Source: Craspedostauros australis
Lineage: Eukaryota
DNA length: 50,267 nt
Assembly (NCBI GenBank): GCA_030167865.1
Contig: JALAGF010005359.1
Span: 1 to 50,267 of the forward strand
Direction: 5' to 3'
The notes beneath the pieces were generated by a model. That model made no database searches and was not told the origin of the DNA. It was given only the letters and a program-made list of their open reading frames with translations. The position numbers and the translations under genes were made by a program. Positions 24,790-36,502 of the stretch are shown piece after piece. The stretch's first letter is position 1. The number at the start of each line of letters is the position of its first letter.

Positions 24790-25429
24790 GGCTTTCGCTC
24801 TGCCGTCGCCGTCTGCACGCGCGCGGGCACCGGCTGTTGCTGTGGTTGTGGTTGAATTGAGCGACTTGTGCGCTGGAGGAACCTCTTCGGACGTTGGTTT
24901 CGAAAAGAGATTGCTTGTGATTGCTTGCTTGTGACTGCTGATGCTTGTGTCGATACCGAAGGTGGACAGGTGGGCGAACACGAGTATGAATAGTAGTGCA
25001 GGTTACTGCACGCTCCAACACGGCATGGAACGTTTGTTGCTTGGCGTGTTTCCACCAGCGCAATCATTTTTGCGCCGAAGACTTTTCCCGCCATTTTCGT
25101 TGTGGTCCAATGAGTCAGCAGTTGTTCTCGATTGACTTTCAAGTCAGAAACGAATAACGTTTAATAACCTCCATTGGTCTGGCCTTCGTCAGTTTTGACT
25201 ATTCAAGGGACCAAAGCAGTGAATGTGGACGATTTCGATCATTGGGTTTCTTTGTGGCATTCGTGGTGGTGGTGGTGGCGTTCATCAAGGGGAGGTCTTG
25301 TGATGAGGATCCCTCCTCCATCATTCCCCCACAACAAGAGACAAACGCCACATCCACCAACCTGTGGCTCCGAACATTGAGACAAGGGAAAGAGCATACC
25401 ATAGAATACCCGGAGACCGAAAGACAAAG

Positions 25430-27508
25430 ATGAATGATATCAGTCCCAATGCCGAGATCGTGAGCAAGACGCAGGCGCGCGCCGTGAATGTGGCCGCCGG
25501 CGTGGGCCTCATGAACGTGCTCAAGTCGAACCTGGGTCCCAAGGGAACGCTGAAGCTCCTCGTGGGCGGCGCCGGGCAGCTCAAGCTGACGAAGGACGGC
25601 CTGGTGCTGCTCAAGGAGATGCAGATCCAGCATCCCACGGCCGCCTTGATTGCTCGCACTGCGACGGCGCAGGACGATGTCACGGGCGACGGAACCACGT
25701 CCACGGTGCTGCTGTGCGGCGAGCTCATGCGCCAGGCGGACCGCGTCGTCGCCGAAGGCCTGCACCCGCGCGTGCTGGTGGAAGGCCTCGAGATCGCAAG
25801 GGAGGAGTCGCTCAAGTACCTGCAGGAGACGCTCAAGAAGGACTTCAAGGACGACGAGATGATCGCCGACCGGGACCTGCTGCAGAGCATCGCCCTCACC
25901 AGCCTCTCCACGAAGCTAGATGCCGACATGGCAAAGACGCTCAGCGACGCCATCGTCAGCTCCGTGCAATGCATCTACTCCAGCGCCACGGAACCGCTAG
26001 ACCTGCAGCGCATCGAGGTCATGCCCATGCCGCGCAAGTCAGGCACGGAATCCAAATTCGTCAACGGCATCGTCATGGACCATGGCGCGCGTCATCCTGA
26101 CATGCCCGACATCCTCACCAACTGCAAGATCATGACGTGCAACGTCTCGTTGGAGTATGAGAAGACGGAGACGCAGAGCGGCTTTTACTACAGCACGGCC
26201 GAGGAGCGTGAAAAGCTGGTGGAGAGCGAGCGCACCTGGTTGGATGAGCGATGCCGTCAGGTCATCGACTTCAAGCGGGAGGTTTGCAAGGATGGTGAAG
26301 TGAGTTGCTCTACTGCATGTCACACTGGGACAACAAATGGAACTGACTTCGAAGGCCTGTCTCTCATGTGCAGACTTGAACAATTGTGGGGGAATGTATG
26401 CTCATGCAGAGCATATGTGGGGAACCAAGTCTGGCAACTTGTTTCTCTCGCATGTTTGACATTTCATGTCATGGCGCAGCATCGCATTGGAGTGCTGCGA
26501 GAGTTTGCAGGCTGCGTGGCTAAAGTTGATGGACAACACTATTGGAAGAGTCGTTTCTTCCCACCCGCAAGCCATGCCCATGATGCCTACATCCATTCGA
26601 ATATGTGATCGTAACGTTGCTTCGATATCATCATCTCACACAACTGTGCGCTACTCTTTCTCCTGCTGCTGTATTGCATACTCTACTCACCATCCCCTCA
26701 CGATTCTTTCACTTGGCGCCAAACACCGCACAATGTGCGTATGCCATGCAATGAACAGTCATTCGTGATGATCAACCAAAAAGGAATTGATCCGTTGTCG
26801 CTGGATATCTTTGCGAAGGAGGGCATCCTCTGTCTACGACGTGCGAAGAGACGCAACATGGAGCGCCTCACGTTGGCGTGCGGAGGTTCGCCCATTCACT
26901 CCCTCCAGGACATGGATCCGACGCAGCTGGGATACGCCGGTAAGGTTTCGCAGGTCACGCTCGGCGATGACAAGTTCACATTCGTGGAGGATTGTCCACA
27001 TGCCAAGTCCTGCACCATCCTACTGCAGGGACCCAATCAGCACTCGTTGACGCAGTTTAAGGATGCACTGAAGGATGGAATGAGAGCGCTGAAGAATGCC
27101 GTGGAGGACAAAGCCGTCGTGCCTGGCGCCGGAGCATTCGAGGTTGCCACCAGCGTCTACCTGAAGAATGAGGTCATCCCCAAGCAAACCGGAAAAGCGA
27201 AACTTGGCATCGAGGCATTCGCCGATGCCCTCATGATCATCCCAAAGACTTTGGCGGAGAACAGCGGGCTCGACGTGCAGAGCACGATGCTGAAGCTGCG
27301 GGAAGAGCGCGAGCAGTCCGACCTGATGGTCGGTCTCGACGTCAAGACGGGCGACGCCATCCTGCCGGAAGATCAGGGCATCTGGGACAACGTCCGAGTC
27401 AAGAGACAAAGTCTGTATCTGTCCACGATCCTGGCCAGCCAGCTGCTTCTCGTCGATGAGGTCATGCGTGCCGGCAAGCAGATGGGTAGACCGCAGATGG
27501 AGGAGTAA
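25430..27508 (+). CDS. CCT6: T-complex protein 1 subunit zeta (CCT6)
   Basis: Exons are 25430-26299 and 26759-27508 (gtgagt...acag). Motifs are NLGPKGTLKLLVGGAG, TKDG, QDDVTGDGTTS, DHGARHPDMP, NQKGIDP, LRRAKRRNMERL and LLVDEVMRAG. Confidence 0.97.
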
Positions 27509-27852
27509 AGCGATGATGCGTCGACTACAAAAGAATGGGAGAAACATGCGTTGCAATACAAACACCTTGCAGCGCCATCTAACAATCCTAAAATGTAGCA
27601 TCGCTTCCTGACATCGCAACAAGCATGCTTTGGAATGTGTTCCTGTCGTTGAATTATCACAATTGGAAGTCGAGCAGAGCACTATTGGATATTGCATGTC
27701 TTCACGACACTATGTTTAGCTTGGAGGATTAATGGGAGTGATTGATTTTACGCATTGAGTTCAACGCGCCGTGCTCTGTTTTGCGTTGTGCTCTGTAGAG
27801 TATCGTTCGTTTGCCAACGTGATTGTCAAAGGGACCGCGCAACGATCGCAGC

Positions 27853-29078
27853 TTATGGCTCCGGTGGGTTGGTAACATCCCCCTTCTCACGGTACTGCTT
27901 GGCAACATCCTCATCCACCTGGTCCAAAATGAACTTCATGGTCTCGTCGAATTCTGGGATATTTCTCATTTCGAATTTGGCTCCGTCCCGCAGGAACGCG
28001 ACGAGGTCGCCATCGCCAAAGAGTCTCTTGGCTGTGCGGATCTCGACGATATCCGGGTACACGATCTCCGCCATGTCCTTGCCGTTGATGCCGGACGTCA
28101 CACGGATGCGACGCGAAGTGATCTTGTATCGCACCCACGCCTGACGCGCCCATGCAGCAGCAGCTGGGATGATACCGACGACGGTGAGGATGGAGATGGT
28201 CGGCGCGATGGTTTCCGTGATGGCAGGTGGGCCCTCGTAGTAGATTTCCTCTGGCTTCAACGCCGCGGCGGCCTTGGAAGGGGCAGAAGATGCGGCGCCG
28301 CTGCCACCCTTTCGCTTGCCGCGCTTGGCCTGCGCATTGTGCGATATGGAAAACGCCCATTCATTTTTGCGCCAGATTACCAATGTGGTGCATTGTTTGA
28401 GTTGCAACACGATGATCCATCATGAAGTATTGTGTTGCATCGCAATTGAGACGGAATGACGAACGTTCGCAACGTCATTTTGCGAATAGGAAAAACGGAA
28501 TTGCGTTCGTCAGATGGTGGAGCATCGAGAAGTGCGGAATGTAGTTGCAATTGCAATTGGGTGAGAGTTGAATTCGAAAGTGACGGAGGATGTGGGGTTT
28601 GCATTGAAGGAAAGGAATCAGCAGGGATTGCACAAACATGATCATCGCAATGCGCAATGCTATCACATGGGTATGGCAACGTGATGCAATGCAATGCGAA
28701 CCAACATCTGCCCACGCGAACATGATCAAGATGATGGACAACTCGACATGCCGCAGCGTTGTCCGTATCACGTTTTCGTCAACGTTCAAGTCGCCACACC
28801 GAACGCACCTTGGCGGCGCCACGTCCCAATCCTTCGACGGCATCCAGCTTGATGTCAGTCTTGGCGGAGTCATCCTCAACGGCTGCTTCCTCAGTTGGGA
28901 CGGATGCGGATGCATCCGCCTTGGTCTCCTCGGCCATGAAGGCAACGAGGCTCTGCTCTCCGCAAGACGACTTGACGGCGAATGGAGTGACTGGTGCGAA
29001 GGCTTCAACCTGCGACGTTGTGGAGAGCGCGAGAGCCGCGACTGCGCCGATGACGGCGAGCTTTGTGGAAGGCGACAT
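27853..29078 (-). CDS. Plastid-targeted bacterial-PH-domain (bPH_2/YdbS-like) membrane protein
   Basis: Exons are 29078-28809 and 28329-27853 (gtgcgt...gcag, phase 0). A signal peptide ends VEA-FAP (ASAFAP-type) and is followed by a transit peptide. The mature part EEIYYEGPP-TM-RYKITSRRIRVTSG...GDLVAFLRDGAKFEMR resembles cyanobacterial PH-domain proteins. Confidence 0.85.
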
Positions 29079-29835
29079 GGTCAGACAATTCGGTAGAGTA
29101 TTCTGGCTTGATTTGCGTGAGAAGCACGATTTATGATCGAGAGGCAATGTTGTGAGTTGCTTGGAGTTTGTGGTGGTTGACGTGATGCGGTGAGACCGAA
29201 CGAAGTGAAAGACGAATGACTCCGTACCTACGAGGATGATGATGACGGTGTCGTTGACGATGTCATTCGGAGTTGACGATGGTGAAGACGAAGCGCGAGG
29301 ATACCACAAATCGATGATGCAGATCGTGATGAGGGCTGACTGGGTCGCGCTTTGTGGCGTTGTCACCGTCATGTGGTTGATGACGGTCGAACACGTCAGG
29401 CAACTCTTGTGTGAACACTTTCCGGGACTGGTATGTAATCGTCCTATTCGATTCACGAGCATGTCTCAGAAATCGAAACTCAAAATGACCGAAACACAAT
29501 TTGCGACCGTTGGCAAAAGTGCGCCTGGAACAACACAAACGAAAAGCGCGCGGCAACACCGCGGAGAGCACCAAACGACGGCGTGAGAGGAGACGATCAA
29601 ATGAGCAACATCAAGTTGGGAGCCGGCAGGGGTGAGTTCAGAGGCGAGCACGGGTGGAGTCGTCCAGAAGGCGAGCTCCGAAGGTTCTTTGGTGATTGAC
29701 CTTGGTTCCAATACTCGTAGAGAGTAGTGTATTTCAGTGCGAATGCATTGCGAATGAATCAATTCAAGAGGCTTGAATCTTGAACAACAACATCAGACAC
29801 CAAGCACCGAGAGTCCACCATCGAGAGCAAGAACG

Positions 29836-31083
29836 ATGGCGACATCAGTGGAGAAGCGGAATCAACGGAGGGGCAAGAAGCAAGAGCACTTCAAGAAGAA
29901 GTCGGATCACTCTGCATCATCCAATGGAACCAAGTCCAGGTCCCTCGTCCCCAAAAATGCATCGACCAAGTTCATCATCGTCTTCTTTGTCATGCTGGCT
30001 TGCATGATGCTGGTCGTCAATCTGGCCATGTTGCAGCCACTGGAACATGCTTTGGGTTTGCAGCCGTCATCATCATCACAGAAGCAACAGCAACAACAAC
30101 AAGAACAACAGAAACATGTCAGTCGAATGACGGAAGAAGAAGGAAGAGAGCACATCAAATCGATATTCAAGGACGCCGATGTGGAGCTGACAGCCGAAAT
30201 GATGGACGAATTGCCGACATGGGAACAGATCCAGACCATCGTGGGCGACGGACCCCGAATATATGGCCTCGATCGATGCCAAGCCTTCCAGGACAGCGTC
30301 CCGCCCATCGAGCGCATGCTGGGATCGGCGGGCATGTTCAACACGGGAACGAACCTCGTAACGCATCTCCTCAAACGCAATTGCGAAATACCAGAAAGAC
30401 GAGCCAAGTACGGCGAAGGCGCCACGAAGGAACAGTACGGCATGCGATGGCAGGTGCCGTGGGGCAAGCACACGCCGGCCAAGTTCCGCCTGCAGCATCA
30501 CACCGAGAAGGCGTCGGCCATCAAGAAGGAGTACCTCATGCCCATCGTCACGATACGCAGTCCTTACACGTGGTTCCCGCGCATGTGCACGAACGGATAC
30601 ACGGCGCGGTGGCAGCACGGCAGATCGCGGGCGCAAGGCTGTCCCAACCTGCTGACGCCCGACGGCGAATGGAATCAAGTCTCGACGCGGTACGCCAACG
30701 ATCGCGGCGAGACGCATCAGAGTCTGGCGCATCTGTGGAACGATTGGTACAACGATTATATCCAGGACGCGGATTATCCCTTCGTCGTGGTGCGCATCGA
30801 GGACCTCACCTACTACGCCAAGGAGACGACGACGGCGATCTGCGAATGCGCCGGTGGACGGATACGGACGGACCAGCCGTTCCAATACGTCATCGATTCG
30901 GCCAAGGCCGACAGCCGTGGGCATGATTCTTCCGTCGGGTTCTTTGAGGCGTGGATGAAACACATCGCGGCCGCCGAGCCGCAGGCTGGATTACAAGATG
31001 ACGAGTATCAGGCGTCCATACGGGCGTTGGACAAGAACTTGATGGAATTCTTCGCCTACAAGTATCCGCCGAAGAAGGCGTGA
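29836..31083 (+). CDS. Type II membrane sulfotransferase-like (P-loop) protein, intronless paralogue
   Basis: Basic N-tail, single TM and stem. AGMFNTGTN is 5'-PSB-like, followed by WQVPWGKH, IRSPYTW (3'-PB-like) and VVRIEDL. Confidence 0.85.
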   Translation: MATSVEKRNQRRGKKQEHFKKKSDHSASSNGTKSRSLVPKNASTKFIIVFFVMLACMMLVVNLAMLQPLEHALGLQPSSSSQKQQQQQQEQQKHVSRMTEEEGREHIKSIFKDADVELTAEMMDELPTWEQIQTIVGDGPRIYGLDRCQAFQDSVPPIERMLGSAGMFNTGTNLVTHLLKRNCEIPERRAKYGEGATKEQYGMRWQVPWGKHTPAKFRLQHHTEKASAIKKEYLMPIVTIRSPYTWFPRMCTNGYTARWQHGRSRAQGCPNLLTPDGEWNQVSTRYANDRGETHQSLAHLWNDWYNDYIQDADYPFVVVRIEDLTYYAKETTTAICECAGGRIRTDQPFQYVIDSAKADSRGHDSSVGFFEAWMKHIAAAEPQAGLQDDEYQASIRALDKNLMEFFAYKYPPKKA

Positions 31084-31594
31084 GAGCTGCGGAGTCTGAT
31101 GATTGGTGAGTGTCTTCGCAATGGGAGTGCTGCAAGGAGTACTCGTGTGGTTGTGCCAGCTTGGTCAATCAAGATACGGACGAATGGGAAGGAGCTGATA
31201 AGCAACATACTCGTAGATTTCTTCGGACAGAATTTTAGGAATGGCATTCTACTGTTTTGTGCATGGGGCGCTGCAACAGAGGTCTGCTTTTGCTTTGGTC
31301 TGCTCCATTTCCAGCGATGAAGCGTGGTGCATCTTGTTGTGGTGTGTCATGGTACTCGTATGATCGTTTGTTCCCCAGGTATATCATGGCTATATTAATC
31401 GTATTATCAGGCCAGCCACGCCGTTGTTCAAGCTATTCTATCGTGCGAGTATGGTGTGTTGTGGTGTGACATGTCCACTTTCTTTCCCTTCTTCACATCT
31501 ATTGTTCACAAGCACAGATACTCGGACGTATGGTGCAGTAGTGCACGGGTACAGCACGTCACTGTGCACCAAAAGATTGCACATCATCCCGCCC

Positions 31595-33467
31595 TTACTT
31601 CTGATGGACTTTTGGCATCATGAACTGACGTTCCTGAAGGATGCGCGATCGCATCATGCTGAGACTATCGCGTCTTCGCACGAAGGATGCCATCGACGAG
31701 GACGCCAGCAGTTGTCGCGTGACGTTGGTGGCTTTGCTCGCTGCTGCCAGACAATCGCCAAGCGGTAGCTGCGTCGGCGCGGCTTGCTGGATGTATGAGG
31801 GCGCTGATGCGATTGCCGATTGCATTGTGGTAATTCCATTTGGAGGTGATGTACGAGTAGCGAATGAAGATTTATCCACAGCACCGGCAATGGAAGGTGC
31901 ATTTGTGCCGTTGGCACCGCCACCACCACAAGAGCCGAAGAGACTGTCGCGACGAATACGGAATCTGCTGCTCCTTCCCAAGCTGGCAAAGAAATTGGAA
32001 GGGTTGGGTGCTACCGTTGATGCCGATGCAGGCGCATTGGTTCCCACCATTTGGCTCCTGCCGTTGTTGAAGGTTTCAGCACCAAGTTCCGATCCCAGCA
32101 TCATGCCGGGTTGCTGGTAGATCTCCATGAGGCGTCTGGCATTGAGCTCCTGCAGCTGGCGGATCGCTGCCGAAGATGAAGCGTGTCGGGTAAACGATAT
32201 TGCCGAGTTGGATGCCGCGCTGCTTGCAGAAGTTGGCTTGCCGCTGCCCTTCTCTGAACAGCCGGTGTAGAGAATATCACTATGTTGCGCCGTTGGCTTC
32301 ATGATGACCGAAAGCAACGAGCCGCGTCGGTTGGACTTCTTGAGCACCTGCCCGTAGACCTCGTACTCGTCTAACAGAGCCTGTTGCTGTGCCTTTTGCA
32401 GCGTGACGAGCGATCGTGCTGCGACCAAGCTCTTGAAGATTTCTGGCTCTTGGATGCCGAGCTGATGCTGGCGAACTTGTTCGAGGAGGATGGTGGTTTG
32501 ATGGAGCTCGCGATTGTTGGCGTAGGTACGTTCATCCTGGTACGGTTCGAGACCGCGGATGCAGAATTCGTCGGCAGCGACGCCGGCGGCAGAAGCTGTA
32601 GATGCCAAAGTTGGCGACGACGAAGATGGCAGAATGGAGCCGTACTGCCCTCGCAGCATCCTGACTGTCCTGACTCGGTCGACCAGGAAGTCATCGTAAT
32701 CCTTGCGCTGTGTATGGTGTGATGAGATGCGTTGTGGTTCATTGCATGGAACAAGTGGCACAAGAAGAGAAGAGAATCAAAGCGGACGCGAGTCGAGTCG
32801 AGTGGGGTGTTGTGTGGGTGTTTCGTTTTTCCACGCCAATGTCGACGTCGACGTTGATGTCCACGTTCGTGTTGAATACCGGGGGAGTGAAAAGAGAAGC
32901 ATTTTTGCGCGTTCGTGGGAATGGAGTGATGTCATGAGTGAGAGAGAGAGTGAGCGGGCGTGGTCGTGTGCGATCGTTGAGTGTTGGTATGAGTGCGAGT
33001 ATGAGCGTTTGTGAGGGAATGGAAGAAACAGACAAGGAGCACAGCTGTCGGCCGTTTGGGCTGTATTCGCAGCAACTCCGATCCGACGAGCACAGGGCAA
33101 TCATGTGACCATCTCGAACTCCATGTCACTGCTCGTGTGCACGAGTATGGCAAAGTATTGCAGAGCGTGGTGTATGATGTATGATGTATGGTGCTGTAGA
33201 CTGTATTCTGTTGAGTGAGAAGGAACGTACCGCGTACCAAATGAGGCTTGCGTCAATGTCATCGTGTTGCTGGTGGTGGTGTTGCGGCTCCTGTGCATGC
33301 TGCAACGTCTTGGCCCAGCGAAGCTTGCGTGTGCGTTTCGCCGTTCTGGACTTCTTGGCAACTGGGCCGCAAGAGATGTCCTTGGTGTTGGCGATGCCGC
33401 TGAGGGCCATGCTGATGGCCTTGCTGCTGCCATCGCCATCGAGTCTGAGGCTGTTTCGACGCTTCAT
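31595..33467 (-). CDS. Uncharacterised diatom-expanded family protein (WY...CxRGLE...LxEQxxQ motif)
   Basis: Exons are 33467-33231 and 32707-31595 (gtacgt...acag, phase 0). Motifs are LRW...IWY|RKDY, FCIRGLE, ILLEQVRQHQLG and AxxxAxxDE. The low-complexity C-terminus has repeated RRxSL motifs. Confidence 0.8.
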
Positions 33468-33476
33468 GGTGGCTGG

Positions 33477-33510
33477 TTGTCTGTGTCTGTGTCTGTGTCT
33501 GTGTCTGTGC
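33477..33510. repeat. (TGTGTC)n hexanucleotide repeat just upstream of the 33467 start
   Basis: tgtctgtgtctgtgtctgtgtctgtgtctgtgc. Confidence 0.85.
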
Positions 33511-36502
33511 TTGCGTGAGTGTGTTGTTCTGTGGTTGTTCTGTGGTTGGTCCGTTGTTGCAACTATGTGCAAGGTTGTCGCAGAGAGTGTGTCAGAACGA
33601 GAGAGTCTCGGTGGAGTGCGGCAGACGGAGGAAGCGAGCTGGGAGGCTGTCAGACGTGGGGTTCGGGACGATGGTCTCCTCGGCACGCTTCTTGCTTCTT
33701 GCTGCCTGGTTTGTTGGTGTGAAGTGTGTCGGAGGGCTGTTGCGAATCTCTGGTGTCGGTGGCAATGTCTGCAGCGATGTTGGCAACAATCTTGGCAGTG
33801 GTGATGATGGTGATGTTGATTGTGGAAAGTGTTCCTTTGCCTCCAACCTTCGAACTTGCACTTGCACTTGAGGTTGCACTTTGTACTTCTACGTCTGTTT
33901 GTGTTGTTGCTGCTCTTGTACGATTATGGTGCGAGGTTGCTTTCTGTCATGCAGCTCTTCTTCTTGTGTTTCTTCTTGGTCTTCTGCCGCTGGCAGTTGC
34001 TCTGTCTCGCTTCTTCTCTTGGTGCTCTCTGGTCGTTTTCTCTGTCTCTGTGTGGTCTGCCCTGCTCTGCGATTCTATCTCTTCCTTTTATGACTGTGGT
34101 ATGTTCGTGATCATGTGATCCTATCTCTCGTAGTGTCTCTCTCTCTCTCTCGTTGGTCTGAATTGAACTCAATTGAATGCGGTTGAAAAGGTTGGTTGTG
34201 GACTTTGGCAACTGTTGTGATTTGTTGGTTTGTTTGTGTGCTTGTGCATTTGTGCGCTTCTGAGTTCTCCTCCGCGTACAAATACGAGTAATTGTGCGTA
34301 CCGGTGGTACTGTGATGCGCTTAGTTTCGTTTCGGCGCGGGTTTCTGCACACGAAGACCAGCCACGGGTACGTTGACTGCCTGTCATCTTCACCAAATGT
34401 CATGTCATCCAGCTTTTTCAAACACACAAAGCGATAAATGTCTTCCTCGCAACCAAACATCGAGGAGAAACGATCCAGAATTATGTCTCCCACCCTTCGG
34501 TTGCGTTGATGTTTGTGACTCCCAGTGACCGCGAATGGCATTGTTGTCTCAATTCGGTGGCTCGATCTACGCCGAAATGTCCCTGCGACATCAACGAATC
34601 AAGAATTCCATAATTCATGCGAATCGGAAAAGCGGAAAGTATCAATGGGCAATTGCAAATGACACCGTGTCCCACCAAGCGCTCGAGAATCCCGTTCCCG
34701 AAGAAGTGGTTGAACAAGATTGCTTGACAATGTCCATTGCTGTGTTGTGGCCATCACACACGCCAACAACGAAACACGTCAACACGACACCAGTAATCTC
34801 GTGGCGTCACAATTTCCTATTGTTATGCACGAGAAGACTTCGTGTTCGGTTGTGTCTCGCCGGATTCTCAATTATCAAGTGTGCGCCAGACACTTTTCTG
34901 GAGGAAGTAGAGGTCATCACCATTTGCCACATAGCACGATCTATGGTAACTTGTGTGGAAGATGTCCCTCGCCACACGGCACAGATACTGGCCATGATGG
35001 CTGTCTGAAGCTGTGATTGCGCAAGCACACTTTTCTCCTCGTTGCGTGCTCCTGCATTGGGATGGTATTCGTATTCGTACTCGTATCCGCACCCGCACTC
35101 TCGCAGGCGTCTGATTGCTCTCACGTGTGTCCTTCCGTTTTTATCGGTTCGATTGGCGACCTCTGCAAGCACCGGCGCAACCGCACTTGGTTCTTAAGAG
35201 GCCTGTCTTGTCATGTCCTGTCATGCCATTCCCAGCCTTCGAGATGAATTATGGGGAACGCCGATGTTCTCCTCATTGGTCAACGTCAGAAACGCGAGTA
35301 TGAGACAGGAGAGCACTCTGCTCCCAAGAACATCACATCGCTGCCCGCTCCATACTCAGATATTATTGATTGCACGTCCACAATACTCATGCGCACGACT
35401 ATCCGCTGACACTATCATTCGTGGCGAGGGATTCGATGGGGATGCGCCATGCCAGGGAGCGGCGACACCCCACGGCGTTTCACCCATCAGAAGAGAGAAC
35501 GAAGAGAGAGGCGTTTCCAAACTAACAGCGCCAAACGAAGGCGGACGACGAGCGTTTCGCGATGGGTGGCGACGCCATTTGATCTCTCACCACCAATGGA
35601 GAAGGTGTGGGAGATACCAATCGGCTCTTGGTTGGATACCACTGGCGTAACGCTTGTCGATGAAATCGCCTCTTTCGTCACATCGATGGCACCAAAATGG
35701 ATACAGAAACTGCAACAACGGTGATCCCACGACACCAAGACCAACAATGGCGCTGGACATTTTGCGCATCCGCTTCACTACGATTACAGTACTCTTGCAC
35801 GTGCCTCGCAATGGAAGTAGACTTCTGCACTTCCGCTGATCATCGATTGACTGCGCTTTGCTCTTCGACGCTCCACGAGTAGGCAGAGCGTTTCTTTGAA
35901 GGAGAAACGAGACACGCATCCACCTCATGCACGCTAATACTCTCCTCGGCATAGGCTCGTACTCCGCTCAACTTCGCTCTTCGAGTACGATCTACTCGTA
36001 CCTTGTGCTGTCCTTGGTCGGAAACAAGACTACTCTGCACCACGAATACTCTTCGACATGAGGATGCCGAGCATACGATCTATTATACACATGATCAATC
36101 AGACAGAATTGCCTTCGACGTGATCCCAGACGTTCCTGGAACAGCTGCTGCCCTGGCATCGCGAAGACGAGGGAAGCATCCCATCGAGCGTGATAACACC
36201 ATGGCTTCCGCCTACCAATTCCAATCTTTCAAATCTGCGCCTCCTTGGTATGGGAAGAGACTGTTGCGCGAGGGAGTTGGTAACGTTGGCGAGAACTGCC
36301 CGTTGCTACGAGCCTCCAGAGATCACTCCACCATACCATACGACTACTATACAGAGCTCGTGCTGTATGAGCTGTGTGTGTGTAATAGCTCTGCACATGT
36401 ACCGGCCTGATAGGTATTATACGAGTGTATGAAAATCATTGAGCTGCTCGAGTAGACTCGCACAGGAGGCAAGGTACGGCTGCGGGACCTGCCAGAGTAG
36501 GC

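Noticed and set aside
34500..36450. Short ORFs between the CxRGLE gene and the second sulfotransferase-like gene
   Set aside because: No recognisable motifs, codon bias or consistent splice model.
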